Below the pieces are notes generated by a model that saw only the letters and a program-made list of their open reading frames with translations, did no database searches and had not been told where the DNA came from. A stretch of 64,000 nt of DNA from Lingula anatina (lineage: Eukaryota; Animalia; Brachiopoda): assembly GCA_051362555.1 (NCBI GenBank), contig CM120641.1, positions 37,206,401-37,270,400 on the forward strand. The letters run 5' to 3'. A program made the position numbers and the translations under genes. Each line of letters opens with the position of its first letter. Position 1 is the stretch's first letter. Below are positions 41,157 through 56,100 of the stretch, piece after piece.

Positions 41157-44100
41157 GACACACACACATAAACATAAATGAGCGTACATGTACCATTTAG
41201 AAATTTGCTTGATGCTTTTAGTTCTATTTTAAGTATTTACTTCTTTAACTTTTGGTCAGTATTGTCTTTTGGTTAATTGAGCTAATTGAAGAAGAAAGGA
41301 AAAGAAAGATGCCTTAAGTTGGACAGATAAGTCAATTTGGAATCTATTTCACTCTTATATTCTTTATTACTTTATCGTCAATGTAATATTCAGGATCTGG
41401 ATATTGTTGACTGATGATTTGACATTTCCTTGGGGAAATTGTGATAATTTTTTTCTCATATCTTATCCCCTCCTCAGAGATCACCTAAATAATATATCTG
41501 GTTGGGACTGGTGAAAAAGTTCAGCATATGGCGATACCAAATTAGATCTGTGTAAAAACACCAGGGTTAATTCAATTACCTTAATGATCAGTCTATCTTT
41601 TGATTAAGTTGCAGTAGAAAAAACAGTTAATATTGAGATGGGTGGTGGAATGTTTCTTTCTTAAATATCTTACGCCACCTGGGTATTTACTGAGAATACA
41701 GACTGTGTCTGAGGAATTTTTTGTTGTTTTTGTATTACCACCACAGTATGATATTCTGCTATTGGTGGTGGTCCAAGTAATTTTGTATTCCACTATAATA
41801 CCTTGCCTGTATTAGAACAAAAAGAAAATTTCTGTTATGGATTGGTTAAAAAATATATCATGTATTTGGGAAAAAAAAGATGTAAAAATGCAAAATGGCC
41901 TTAAAAACTTAAAATTAACCAACATATTGGGTCGTTTTATTAGTATATGTGCAATTTTGTCAGTATAGAGTACATTCCATTTTCTCTTCACCAGGATCAA
42001 TGATAGAGTGCTAAGTGTGAATGGATATAACCTTGACAATGTGGACCACTCTACAGCCATCCAAATTCTCAAAGACAGTGGGAACACTGTTAACATGGTA
42101 AGTATAATTGTTTTTGCAATAAAGCCAAATTAAATTGGCTAAAATTAAGAAAATTGAGATTTTGTTTTCATAACATAAACATTCAGTTACACAGGTTTCC
42201 ATGAACGCCTTCAATTCTTATCGTTCTTGGGTTATCATTCTCTTGATTTCGGGAAGGATTTGCCTTAGAAGTAGGATTGTGATTGTTCAGATAGTCTTAT
42301 GTGCATTTTAACTATCATGACTATATTACTGGTTCATAAAGGTCATAATTTACACCATTAGTTAGCTATTTCCTTTGGGCTCTCTGCCCCAGAAGATTGA
42401 GATTCTGGTTGATCTTGAGGTGATAATGCATTTGCTCATAGATGTATTGATTTATTTTCAGGAAATACGAAGGAAAGTTGTTATTCCTGGTCACGAAGAA
42501 CCAGCTCATACAAAGGTGACACTTACAAAGAAAAATAAAAAGGATGGTAAGTTTCTGAAATTTCAGTGTACAGAAATAATGTTAGTATTCTCTTGTTCAG
42601 TTGATTTTTTTTTTACAAAAAAAATGCATAAAGAATGCTTACATACTTCCTAGGAATATGCATATGGGTTAAAGTAATTGATGAAACTATTCTCATTCCA
42701 GAATTTGGTCTGGTATTGGGCTGCAGACTGTATATAAAAGAAATAATTGGGAACAGTCTAGCAGCTCAGGATGGGGGCCTGAAAGAAGGAGACACAATTT
42801 TAAAGGTATTTTATCGCCACTGAAAATAATTATCGCAGGTATCAACAATTATATGTTTAAAGGTGTTTTGGCTGTTTAATATATATGGAGGATAAATTGA
42901 AAAAGAAAAAAATTAAGGTACTAAAAACCTGTTCATCAAAAATGTCTGCAAAGTGTGTTCCGTCAATATGGCATATTATTTTTACTGTCACACAAAATGA
43001 TAACTTGGTTCATAAATGCTTGTTTGTTTTAGATTAACAACACTGCTTCGGACTTCTTATTGAATGAAGCCAAGAAACTATTAGAAAAATCCAAAGACAA
43101 ACTGCATCTAGTGGTGGTAAAGAAGCCAACTGGTAACATAAACCACAAGCGTCAGAACAGCCAGCCCAGAGAAGGGGGTAGGTACAGGAAAATGATAAAA
43201 CTGGGAATTATCGCAATAAAATTTGGAATAGGTGTCTTACGGTAGAGATGTTTTATAGTCTCAAAATACTTAATTTTGTAATGAGCCTAAATACTGATGC
43301 CCAAAGTAAATAGATGATGTTCTACACATCAAAGGTGTTCAAGGATGATAGATAGTAGTAAAAAAATTATAGATTCCACTCCAGTGTTTACATGATCTTT
43401 GGATGCCTGTTGTGACTGTCATGTTGACCAAACAATTTTTTTTATACTTATTTCTTTAAGCTTCTTTACTCTGCTTGTATTGGCATTTCCCCAACAGAAT
43501 TAACAGTAAGGCAAATAATTCAACATCTGTATTCTCAGAGTGGAATGTATTTTCATTCTATATATGTAACTTGGAGGTTATTTTCACTATAGAAAAAGCT
43601 TGTTTAAGTCTGTGGGCTCTTATTATTCATGCCCCAGGCCATCTTCCATACAGTGTGTATTAAGCAAACATATTTCCCCCCAAGAGAATTGAGTCCATCT
43701 GCATTTGTATTTTGATGGGATTTTTATGGAGCATTAGCATGCACATAATTTGGTTTAGCCCATCAAGGCACTTGTAGTCTAAATGGCCCCTTTAATTGCA
43801 TTTCTAAACTTTATATCATCATTATCCCCATTCCTTCAAACAAATTTATTAATTTTAAAAAAGGTTATGACTGTTTGTTTATTTATTTATTTATTTGTAT
43901 ATTTTTATTGATTGATTTAAATTCTTTATTTTTATTAATTGATTTAAATTCTATCATCACTGTAACTAAATCAGTATCTGTTATTTGAAAATGGAGAGTT
44001 TGTTCTATTGGTGATTAGATGGGTACCTGCTGGAATATTGGAATATTCCACCTAAAGGTGATCACCAGTTCAGACACTAGCGGCTAAGAGGTCACAGCAT

Positions 44101-47100
44101 TTTATTTTATTTTATTTTCCTCCCTTATCTTATGTTTGTAGATTTCACACCTTCACGTTCACACACACCAGACTTCCAGAGAAAGCAGGATAATGTGAAC
44201 ATCAACAGAATGGACCCTGCAGACATGAAGCCCCCCAGGCCAGCCTTCACTCCAATCACATTTGCTGAGCTAGACAAACCTGCCACACCACTGCTAGGCA
44301 AGGGGGGACCACCAGGGTATGATGAACCCCCTCCTAGACCTCCACTGCCTAGTATGGATGCAGGTAGGTAGATTCTTAATTAGTATGACAAGTAAAAGAA
44401 AAAGCAAGTTCTTTTGCCCTTCATGTCTGTCGACAGTTTTTTGTTAATTGCTCATTACAAATTGGCAAAGAGAAAGGAAGTGGCAGAAAACAAATGACTG
44501 AAAACTAGGGAGCACTTTATGCAGCACATAGGGCATACACCACTATAACCTTTGTGGGCTATTTTGAGAAGAACAGTTGTGAAAATAACTTCACTGGGTG
44601 TTAGAGCTCAATCTGTGTCTACCTGCTGCGTTTCGTTCAAGAGCTTTGTAGTAACTGAATTACATGGTAAAAAGATAGCAATAATAACAACCCTGTAGGT
44701 GAGGCTAAACCATGTTGCCTTAAGACAATATTTTTCTGTTGACCCTGTAGAAGCTGCTACTTTCAAGTCTAAATTTGATAAAATGGGAGAATACCAACGA
44801 GTTTTTGGGGTTTTCAAGGTGCATTGTACATTAAGATGATAGTTTGACAATGTCCCCACCATGTAATCAGTTAACAATTAAAAAAAATAATGAATTTGCT
44901 GTTTGTGAATGATGTAATTTTAGATGTTTTGCATATGATATAATTCTGTCTCTAGATCCTCCTGCACGTCCACCAACGCCTGGTCAAGAACTTCATCCCA
45001 ACGACCCATACAGTAAACCTCACAGGCCACAAGAGTAAGTTACATCTATATAACATTGAATAGGCTAGTGAAAAGAAACTATGCTTTACGATTTATTTTT
45101 GATGAGTTTTAACTTACTTGTGGCAATTGTTTTTATGGTGCTAATTAATTGGGAGAAATCGTGCACTGGTTATTGTTTCATTTTTTGGTTAGTAAGTAAC
45201 AGTAATAGTGTTTGCTGAAATGTGCACAAGTAGTAACCTAATTAATAAAAGAAACTGCTTAGATATTAAGAAGCTACTAATCAAGTCATTGAAATAGTCA
45301 TTAGATGATTGGTTAACAGGAATGAGCTGTTTGAATACAGGATGGAACATAGTAATTAAATTGCAAGTGCAAGTGAATGAAAAAAAGAAGCACTTGTGGA
45401 CCTCGTGCTTTGGTTTGGGAAGCTTAATGCCTTGTTTCATAACAGTGTAACATGTGTTGTGTGTATGTGGTGATGATATTAGGTGACAGCGTGGCTGACA
45501 AGTTAGGGGGTCTTTGACTAGCAGTATTGTGCATAGATTTTAATGGGAGTTGCTTTAGGTGCTTTTGAACAAACTAGGGTGTAATTAACTGTAGCTGTTT
45601 ATGTACATGAGCTTCAATATGATAATGGGAGTTGGAAAATGTGTACCACACTAACATCAACACTGTGTGTTGTTTGTCATATAAATGTTGGAATATGATG
45701 TAAAACCAGTTAACTTTAGTGGATCCACGTAATGCAGGGATTATACAGAAATTCATGAATGTTAAATGTTAAAAATACAACTAGCCCCCTTCAGTTTTTT
45801 GTATATGTTGAACTCTGGTAAATGCCACACACCCCTCTCCCCATCCTAGCTCAGTGTGTCTGTTGGTGCTTATGAGGTCTCTTTCTCCCAACAGGCTGTG
45901 GAGTCCACACATTCCTTACTCACTGTACCCATTCAGGTAAGTTTGTTGTCTAGTTGTATAACACAAGGTAGCAGGGAGGCAGACATCCAGGCAGGCAGAC
46001 AGTTAGCTGACAGTGTGAACATTGTCAGATACTGATTTTACCCTCCCTGTTATTTGTTGTTTTTTCGTACATTTTTTCAGTTGGTGAATTTGGTGGTCCT
46101 GGTGTACACTTGCTTTTTGTTAGTTTATTTTATTTTTATTTATTGTTATCATACAAGGAAAATGATGCACATGCAGGTTAGATGGTTGCTGGAAGATGAG
46201 TTTTATTGAATGAATACAGTAGTTGGCTGTTTTTGATTTCATTAGAGATTAGCTCAGCTGTTTGGTTGTGGGTGTCAAATCAGCAGGAAGAGGACTTACT
46301 GTGCATGCATGGTTGATATGACTTCTGCTGGAGATGTTATACTGAGTCACTGTTTGCAGATCCACCATCCCAGCTGTCACTGTATGTTTTTTGTTCAAAT
46401 AAGCAGTTGTTGTCTGTGTATTGTCAAGTCATGTTACAGTAGGCGACAGCTGTTACGACATGAGAACACTTGCAACCTAAACTCAGTATCCACTCACTTG
46501 CATTCCATGCCCTTTACCCAGTCTCTAAACAATGCTGAGTGTTCCATGCACCCACCCTCCACATTTCTGTTATTCCAGGGGAGTTCCCAGGCTGATTTCG
46601 TTCAGGAAAGAAGGCGGCGTAGGTATTCGTCTAGCTGGTGGAAATGTGACGGGGATCTTTGTGGCAGCTGTACAGCCCCGCAGCCCGGCAGAGATGCAGG
46701 GACTGCAGGAGGGAGACCAGATTCTCAAGGTCAGTTCAGGTCAAATGAAGGTCAAATAAGTGATATGCCAGGTATTTTGTTTTTCTGTTGTCGTTTGCAT
46801 CTTCAGATTATCCTTTCATTTGTTGTGATTTAAAAGAAGAATAGAAAATATACACTCAGTATATGCATGAACAGTCCATATCTTATTACTGCTTAACTTT
46901 TGGTAAAAATTCTATTAAAGCATGACAGCAAAAAAAAAATAGTTTTTTTAGAAAAATTTTTTGCTTTATTATTTCTTAAAATTAGGCTGCACCTGAGAGC
47001 AGACAGAAGAGATTATATCTGCAGACAGAACTGTTTATTAAGATAAAAGCAGCAGCTGTAAATTTGATAATTCACTAGAAAAACAGTGCTGATTTATAGG

Positions 47101-50100
47101 ATGCCATGTCTAATTTCAGGTGAATGACATAGATATGAGAAACATGACACGAGAAGAAGCTGTCCTTTTACTGCTTAGCCTCCATGACCAAGTCAACATA
47201 GTGGCACAGTATAGGAGAGAAGGTGAGAGAAAAACTTGGGCTAGAAAATTGGATGTTACGGTATATGTTTTATACTTAAGATTTATAATCTTATTAAGAT
47301 GCAAGTTATTGGTATAGATACAGCCAGATAATGATCATCGTTTTTATGTTGACAGTATTTTTTGTTTGTTATCACTTACTTTTAGGGAAAAATATTTATG
47401 TGACTTTATGGCTTCTTTTTAAATATTTGTGTTGTTTTTTATTATTTTTTTTATTTAGATTATGACAGAATCCTCTCTGGCAAGGAAAATGGGGATTCTT
47501 TTTACATCAGGTAAAAAAAGACAGACTTTATAATAAAGTTTTCATAAAGAATAAATATGTATTGCTAAATCTTTTGCGTAATTACTTTCTTAGAACTCTT
47601 CATACTCTTAGACAATATTATGATATGTAAATCTTGCTTTGTGTTGTGAATTTCTATAGTAATATGAGAGAGAAATGTTTATTTTCCTAATTTTTCTGTT
47701 CAGGGTGCATTTCAACAACGACAGTGCTGATTCTGGTCAGATGAGTTTCCGCAATGGCGACGTCTTCCATGTTGTTGACACTCTACAAGGAGGTGTGGTG
47801 GGGGCCTGGGTGGCTGTCAGGATGGGAAGAAACAACCAGGAAACGCAGAAAGGAATTATTCCCAACAAAAACAGGTATGTAGATGTACATCAGTGGCTCA
47901 AGGACATTGGTTGTGACTCTTTAAAAGACATGTTTGTCAGGCATTTTATTGTATCATTCCTATTAGGAGGTGGAATTATGTCATCAAAATCATGACATCA
48001 GCTTCTAGGTCCTCAGAATAAATGTTCAAAAGATAATAGAATAGATTTCAAGAGGTTCTTCTTTCATTATAGTGAAGATGTGTTTTCTGAAAAGAAAAAT
48101 GAAAACAATTTATATATGTATTTTTCATCCTTAATTTTACAGGGCAGACCAATTGGCCCTAGCATCTTCCCAAAATGACCCCAGCAACAAGGAGAACACT
48201 CCAGGCAAACGTAGAAGTAGCTTTTTCAGGCGTAAGGTTGAGAGGAGGTCTAAATCCTTAGGGAAAGATCACTGGGACGACGTTATCTTCTGTAAGTACT
48301 CAAACCCTTTAACTCTGCTATGCGAAGTAGGGCTAAATTAGGCAATAGAATGGCTGGCTGGCCAAGCATGTCAGGAATGTAGACACATTTTCTGGAAAAA
48401 AAATTGATATAACTAGTACTTAAAAATATAGTTAGATTGGCATGAGGTTAATTTCGGGATGATTGTGTATTTATATAGAAAATTAGATAGTACACATTTT
48501 CAGTTGATTTGTATTGGGAAAAGGGATTCTGTAAGTCGATCATGTTAGGTGATTGAAAAGAGCATGTCGAATACAGAATATAAAGAACTGGATTACTGAA
48601 AACTGACTTCTTTCTTTTCTAACTTTTATAGCAAGAGCTCATGGTAAGTGAATGTAGGTGACCCTAATGCTATGTAAGCTATGTAAGGGGTTTACTGATA
48701 TTATTATCAAACTAATGACAGGTTCTGTTGGAATGCTGTGCACAGGGGCCCTTGAAATGATTTCATAGCTGAGATGGTTTCAGAAGCATGCATGTGTGCA
48801 GCTCAATTCTCAATTTTTTTTCTAGTTTTTTTAAATCAAATATTTATATCTTATTTGCCTGTTTTCTTCACATTTACATCTTGTTTATTGCAATAATTAT
48901 ATACCGAACATACCTGTTTGCTCTTTGTTCATTTGCATTTACACTTATGTTTTTAGCAGATTTTTGTTTTGAAGATGGAGAATTGAGAATGTTGGACAAA
49001 TGCATGCAGTGCTGCTGTGCTCGATTCCACTCCTAAATTTATCCACTAATTCATGATTATCTCCTCCCATCATAATGAGGGCATCTACTGCGTTGCACAG
49101 TCTCTTTTAACATTTGATGCCAGAGAGTTCTGTGATAATTTCATGAAATATCAACATTTTTTTCCTTTATAATTCTGTCAGTGGATGGTGGCATAAAACG
49201 CATGGGGTGGATATTTGCCATTGTCCTATGCAAATAAACAACTTCTTATTCATTCATTCAATCAACAGTATCACTTCTGTAATCTCAGTAATTGTAACTC
49301 AAGTCTGTTTATATAATATTGACTCATAAACCTGTGCAAACAAAATATAACTGGACTGTTTAACTTTAAATATTTACTTAACTTGTGGAAGACACCTGCA
49401 GTGGAAAAATCAGTACTTCTTGGTTCTTGGGGGAAATTCAGCTACCTGGCTGTCTGGCATGAGAGCTTGGCTATAAGCATGCGTTTGAAAAGGGAAATTT
49501 TCATATGGTTATATATCATAGCTATCAAAGATGGCAAGCTTTCTAATAAAATCATAAGATTGCAATATCATTGGCATTTTTTTTTTTTTTTGTTATCCAG
49601 TTGATTCTTTTGTTTTTGATTCTTGATCGGTATGTTTATTTTTAAACAATTCATTGATTGCCCTTGTATCTTGTTCTTACTTTTCACGCAATAAGTGAAA
49701 TAACTTGAATAGTTGAAAGATAACAATATTTTTTTGTCATTTTAGCTAATCCAGCTTCCAAGTTTTCTGCATATGAGAGGGTGGTTCTTAAAGATCGTAA
49801 GTTCAGAATATTTGTCAAATGAATCCATAACATTCTGAGATTAAATGTTTATTCTGAAATACAATATTAGCTCATTAAGTTGCAAAGCTATAGTTTCTTT
49901 TCATTTAACCACATTGAAAAGACTCATCCATCCTATCTTGTACTCTTTTAACTGCATATCTTTCTAAATCTGGGCAGCTGTTGTATTCGTCTGTCGTCAC
50001 TCCATTACTAAGCCTGCTGTTTCCGTTTCCTTTCTTGGCTTCTTAATGTAATGTTGAAATAAAAACCTTTTTGAAATGAGTATATGTCATGCAATATTCC

Positions 50101-53100
50101 ATATTCTTATCTTTGTGCAGCTGGTTTTGTGCGTCCAGTGGTCATATTTGGGCCATTAGCTGATGTTGCCAGAGACAGACTTTTAAGGGATAAGCCTGAT
50201 AAATTTGAGTCACCACGTAAGTGAACATAACTCATAGCGAATGCTTTAAGTTTATAGACAAAACTTCTATCTCAAATAAAAATGCCATGATACCTTTAGT
50301 GAAATGAGATCAATTTGATTTGCTTCTGAAGTAAGAAACTGTGTAAACGAGACAGTTAATTTGAAAGTTTTTCCAGAAATATGTAAGATAGCAGGCAAAG
50401 AGTTCAAGTTTTGTTTTCATTTTGCAGAGAGTGATGGTCGCAAGGAAGACGACAAAGGCAGCAAGTCTGGTATCATTAAACTAGGTGCTATTAAAGAAAT
50501 CATTGACAAGGTGAGTGTGTGTTTGTGTGTGTGGTAGCTGATTTGAGATATCAATTTTAGACACCAAAAGTTTTGTCACACATTATTTCCAATACTTGAA
50601 CACATGATGAAATGAGTAAAATTGTTATATACAGCTATAACTTTGATTGATAATTGTTGTTTTCATCCCAAGTGCTGATCATCCCATGTCCATGCTGATC
50701 TGAAAAGTTCTCCTGTTTGAAAAAATAATATAATATATAAATTTAAGGCATTTGTGCATTTAGAAATGCTCACACATTCTTCAAATAAAATTTCTATTTT
50801 TAGGAAAAGCACTGTATCCTGGATGTGACACCCAATGCAGTGGACCGTCTCAACTATGCTCAGTACTATCCCATCGCCATCTTTCAACACGCAGACAGCA
50901 AACACTCTGTGAAGGACCTGAGGTCAAGATGGGCAAGGGGGTCCAGTAAAAGCCCCAGGAAACTGTATGAACAGGCTGTCAAATTGGAACAGAACTACAG
51001 TTATTTGTTCTCAGGTGAGTTTTAATGGTGGTTAATGTGTTTGCCTTGTATTTTTGTTGTTTTGCAACGAAAAAAAGTTTTTTAGATAAGTCTGTGTGCA
51101 ATTCTGATATCAGTATGAATATTATTTCTTAAAAAAGGAGATAACTCAGTACATTTGGTAACATTCAAACTACCTATTGCCATTCAACTAATGAAACAAA
51201 GCTTTTCTATTTGAACTACTGTCATGCTTAACTCAAGTATATTGTTTATATTCACAGACACCATCTCTATCACTGGAGAGGGTGATACTTGGCTGAGAAA
51301 AGTTAAAGAAGCTATAGAAAAACAACAGGAACAGAAAATTTGGATGTCAGAAATGAGGGTTAGTGTTGAGAATTACATGTTTTTTATGAATATATTATGG
51401 CATAATTTAACAAACATACTGGAAACTGTTAAAATGTTATTCACGCGATTGTAGAACGTAATGTATAATTACTAGAAATTCTGCAAATAGATTTATTTTA
51501 TGTACTGTTCACTTTCCAAATTGTATCCACATACATGGAACTAAGAGCCTTTTAAATTAGTCTGAAGTCATTCGCTTTGTATTTAGTAATTACAAATTAC
51601 AACCATTGTTGCCCAAATTGAAAACGTGGTTTGTGGACTGTTCATTCTTCATATTCTGCAGCCTGAAGATGCAACTAGTGAAGACTTCCTCTTCCCAATG
51701 ACCAATCGCCTGAGCTATGCCTCCTCCCCAGAGAGTGACCTTGACCTTAGCCGGCCAGTGAGCATGAGCGATGAGGAGGATGGCACTCCCCCCGCCAGGA
51801 AGAAATTGGTCCGTGCTTCCTCTGACCCAAGTATAGCAACGGGAGAGAATGTACCAGGCATTCCACCATATCATGCACCTCCCAGCTACACTAGGGACTA
51901 CAGACAGGTTGTTACATTTTTAGATGATTTATCTACAAATAATACAGGGCTCACTGAGGTTTTTGAATGAAACGTATGACATGTCTGATATCATTGTTTT
52001 GTTTTGTTGAAGTTGAAATTTGTGGTGTTTGTTCAGAACTCCAAAATGTAGTATTTGAAAATGACATTTCTGTGACATGATTTCTAGGACCCAAGGGGAG
52101 GCTATGAGCCTAAATCCAGGTACTATGAAAATGCCAGAAGGGAACATGATCAGAATCATGCTCCTCAAGGTAAGCTTATGGATAGAGCTCATGATTTTAA
52201 TTTGAATACTTTTGTTAAGTTGCATATGGTCTTGTCAGAAAAATATATTATCATGAAACTAAGGATGAGGGAGTAACTGCTCTAATTCAAAATATACTCA
52301 ATGAAGCACAAGTTTGATGAAATTAATGGCCTATGTATTACTACTGATGGAATTTTCATTAAATGTTTCATGCATATTCTGTATTGATTTTTTGAGGAAC
52401 CATTTATTAATTGGTCTTTATGAAATGCAAACCAATTGTATTTCAGAAAATGGTCCCTATGGCCAGAGGTCGGAGGATCAGTACTATCCATCCTATTATG
52501 CTGACAGTCTTCCCAGGGAGCGTCCGCCACACGCCAGGTCCAATATTGACCCCTATGCCACACTGACACCTAGTGAGAGGCTGAGGAGTTTAAGTCATGA
52601 GGATGAGAGAGGTACCATTGGAAGAAAGTCTTCATTTTATTGATGTTTAGAAAGTGGCTAGGGTCCATATTTCAAGTTTTGAAGTGTTATTTTCTAAATT
52701 CTGCCTGTCTATTGGGGTTAAGAAAGTGACTCGAGTCCATATCTCATCAGTTTTGAAGTGTTATCTTCTTAATTGCTTCTTCATACATTTTGTTCTTATC
52801 ATGAGGTGACCAAGTTAAAGTCACATAGTTGAAGATATCTTCTTTTTGTATGTGTAGATGGCTCATATGATCGCAGTCCAGATGGTCCAAGAGGAGCAGC
52901 ACTGGATAGGTTAAGACCAGCACCTTTACCCAAACCTGACCAAGATCAAAAGGTATGGTCATATGGTCGCTACTTTATTGCCAGTTACAGATACAGATTG
53001 AAGGGTTGATATGTTTTTCATTATCATTTCAAAGTTTTAATAACACGTCCTTGACTTTACAAAAAATTTTGAATAATGAAGCACATGCTCAAAATGAGTT

Positions 53101-56100
53101 CCTCTGCACATGCTTTTTAGACAATTTTTCATGTTAATGCTCTATATACACACACCATTGATTACTTTTGGCAGCATCTTTTGTTTTTAGGTAACGCAGG
53201 TAATATTGTTGTAAGTAACAAATGATTATTACTACTTGGAAAAATTTGCATATTCCTTTCACGACATACAAACTTCTCTTTCAGGATTCCAACAGCTCCA
53301 CCTACAGCAGTGACTCCATATCTCGTTACACGTCTAATCCTGCCAACAAGCATGACGATTCGAAACTGAGAGAAAAGTTTGGCATCACACAGCCTGCAAG
53401 TCCCACTAGGAAGCCGGCCAGTAATGACCCCTACAGGTTCACAAGGAGCACTGCCAACCCATACAAAACTGCCACCATTGATAAGAGCAAGCTGTCTGGA
53501 TTACAGTCCAAATACAAGTAATTATGAATATGCTTTTATTTCCATGACAAGTTTCATGAAATATTTTGTTGTCGATCAGTTTCTTTGATGCTTTTGGATA
53601 TGTACTATTGATATAGAAAATACAAATAAAATTGAGATTATTATTATGAAGGTTTTGCACTATGTTTGATTTTCAAATTTAAGCTTCCATTTGCCTTCAT
53701 TGATTTTCTCATAATGGTTTAAAAATTTTGAATTATTAATAATAATAGTAATAGTGAATTGTTTTTGTGAGGGTTTTTACTACTAACAAGACCAAGTCTC
53801 TCTAGATATCTTCAACCATTTGCAAACAATGTTTCTGTCCTTCTCCAGAGATGACCCATTCTCCAAGCTGAAAGGCAGCCCGGCAAAGCCAGTGTCCTCC
53901 CCCACTGTTCCTGACCGCCATCTCACTGACCAGTTAAAAGCCAAGTCCGAGTCCACAGTGTACCACAACCCTCCACCTAGCCAGCCCTACACCCCTCAGT
54001 ACCCTGCCAAGCCCATGTATGACTACAATGGTAGGAGGGAGGGGCAGGAGCCTGATGAACAGAAGATGAGGAATTATGAGAATTCTAACAGACAAAAGTG
54101 AGTTGTTTGGCATGTGTTTATGTATGAAGAAAATTTTGATTGAAGCATAACAAATATAGTGCTAATATTTTACAAAAATTAATTTCCATCATCTGAAGTA
54201 GATTATTATTATATTAAGGGTAAATTTATTTACTTTTTTTCTTACCTTATATTTTAAGTAACTAGTGGTCACTCTGTCACTATATCACTAATGTTGTGAA
54301 TAGTTTACATCCATGCAGTAAAGAATACTTTGTAACACAATGCATGTTTATACTTCTTTAAGTTTTATGAGCCCAGACAGACACAGGTACCCAGGTTACA
54401 GTCCCGACAGGAGCAAGAGATCAAGCTATGACCAACCCACACCACCTAGAGATTCCAATTATGAGCGAGCCTACGATCACAGACCAAACGGACAACGGTC
54501 ATCCAGAGACTTTGGTGATGGCAGCCATCAAGGTCACCCAGGTGGGATGTCCCCCCACAAAGATTCCTATGACAGGAGTAGGACTGAGCCACCGTATGGC
54601 AGTGTGAGGCAGTCTTCCTATTCTTCCCAGCCCAGGAGCCCATATGGTCCATCATACCAGCAGCACCAGCCCCCTCCCCCTGTGCACAGTGCTGGGTACG
54701 ATGGAAGGCAGCGGGGCAGCTATAGCAGAGACTCCTATGACTCTTACCAGAATGGAGGAAATCCAAGCTATGGTGCTCCTAGGTCTTATTCTAATCAAAC
54801 CTACATGGAGCAGAGGGAGGTAGAAAGGATCAGGTCTCATCCAGATCAGATGTCTCATAATTCTCAAGACTCCTACTTGGCCAGGGACTCTGGATATCCT
54901 AGTGATAGATCCAGGTAAGTTCAAAGGTCACAGTTAGTCAGTAATTTAGTTGTTAGTTTAACAGCCTCATTACTGAAGTGATTGTGCATCTGCTTGCCTT
55001 ATTAGTGTTGACTAGAAAATTGGTTTTGTGCACTGAGCTCACTCTAACCTACTCTGTTGAGAATCCATAAAATACAAGTTGACTGAATTAGGTTTTAAAG
55101 AAAAAGTTACATTAGGGTTGAAGTAGTCTTCTTGTTTTTATGATAGATGAAAAAATAAAAAATAAAGTTAGAGTGAACTCAAATTTGTTTAGATTTTTTC
55201 ATCTGGGACTGTATCAATGTAAAAGTACAATGCATTACTTGCAGCAAACTTTTAAGTTAATTGCAACAGAGAAAAGAACATTTGCATTTTATTTTGGCTG
55301 CTGAATGCAATCTGTCATTGTTCCAGTCCTTAGATTATCACTTAAATGTATTTTCTTTATCTGGGCTCATACTAGCATAACTTTGATTTTGACCTAAATA
55401 CTAAAATATCTTTTAGAAATTACTAGTATATTGGCAGAAAAAAAAAAAGAAGCTTTCCATAAGCCAAAACTTTGTAAGTTAATAGTTAAAAACTTAAAAG
55501 CTGGAATGAGCCCATTCTCTCTCTCTTGGTACATGGCACCTCTTTCTGCATGTTAGTTGTAGCACTAGTCCTGCATGCTTTTGATGTTTCAGATCTGACA
55601 GCGTTTTTGCCCCCGACAACTCACAATCCCCTTCCTCCTCGTCAGCTCCGCGTGGCGATACTTTTGAATCTTACAAGAAATTTGTGACCCCAGGTTTTTA
55701 TGGGAGCAAGAAAGAAACTTCTCCGGGGGACAGGTAAACAATGATTGTGGGAATGACTGACTTAAGCATGTGTGGCAGCAGCAGTTGTTTTTTTTTAAAA
55801 TTGCACAAGTTATTAACAATAGATGGTAGTGAATATAAAAGTACATGTAATGTAATGCATGTTTCATGAAATGCTTTTGATGTAAATGCATAAGTAAATT
55901 ATCGTGCAAATGGTGAAATGCATGTTATATAAAATGAAATATGTCACTAACTTGATGGCATTCTTGCTTTTGTGCTTGATATTTGTAGAAGCTCAGATCT
56001 GAAGTCATAACAATTAGTATCAGTGGCTTTGGCTTGTTGTTGTGCCAGCTTCTAGTATAGATGTTTGTATCAAGTCTGAACCAATAATTCACTATATTAC

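Noticed and set aside
40791-41189. 132-aa minus-strand ORF with poly-Gly
   Set aside because: Antisense to a ZO-1 PDZ1 exon plus a poly-C tract.
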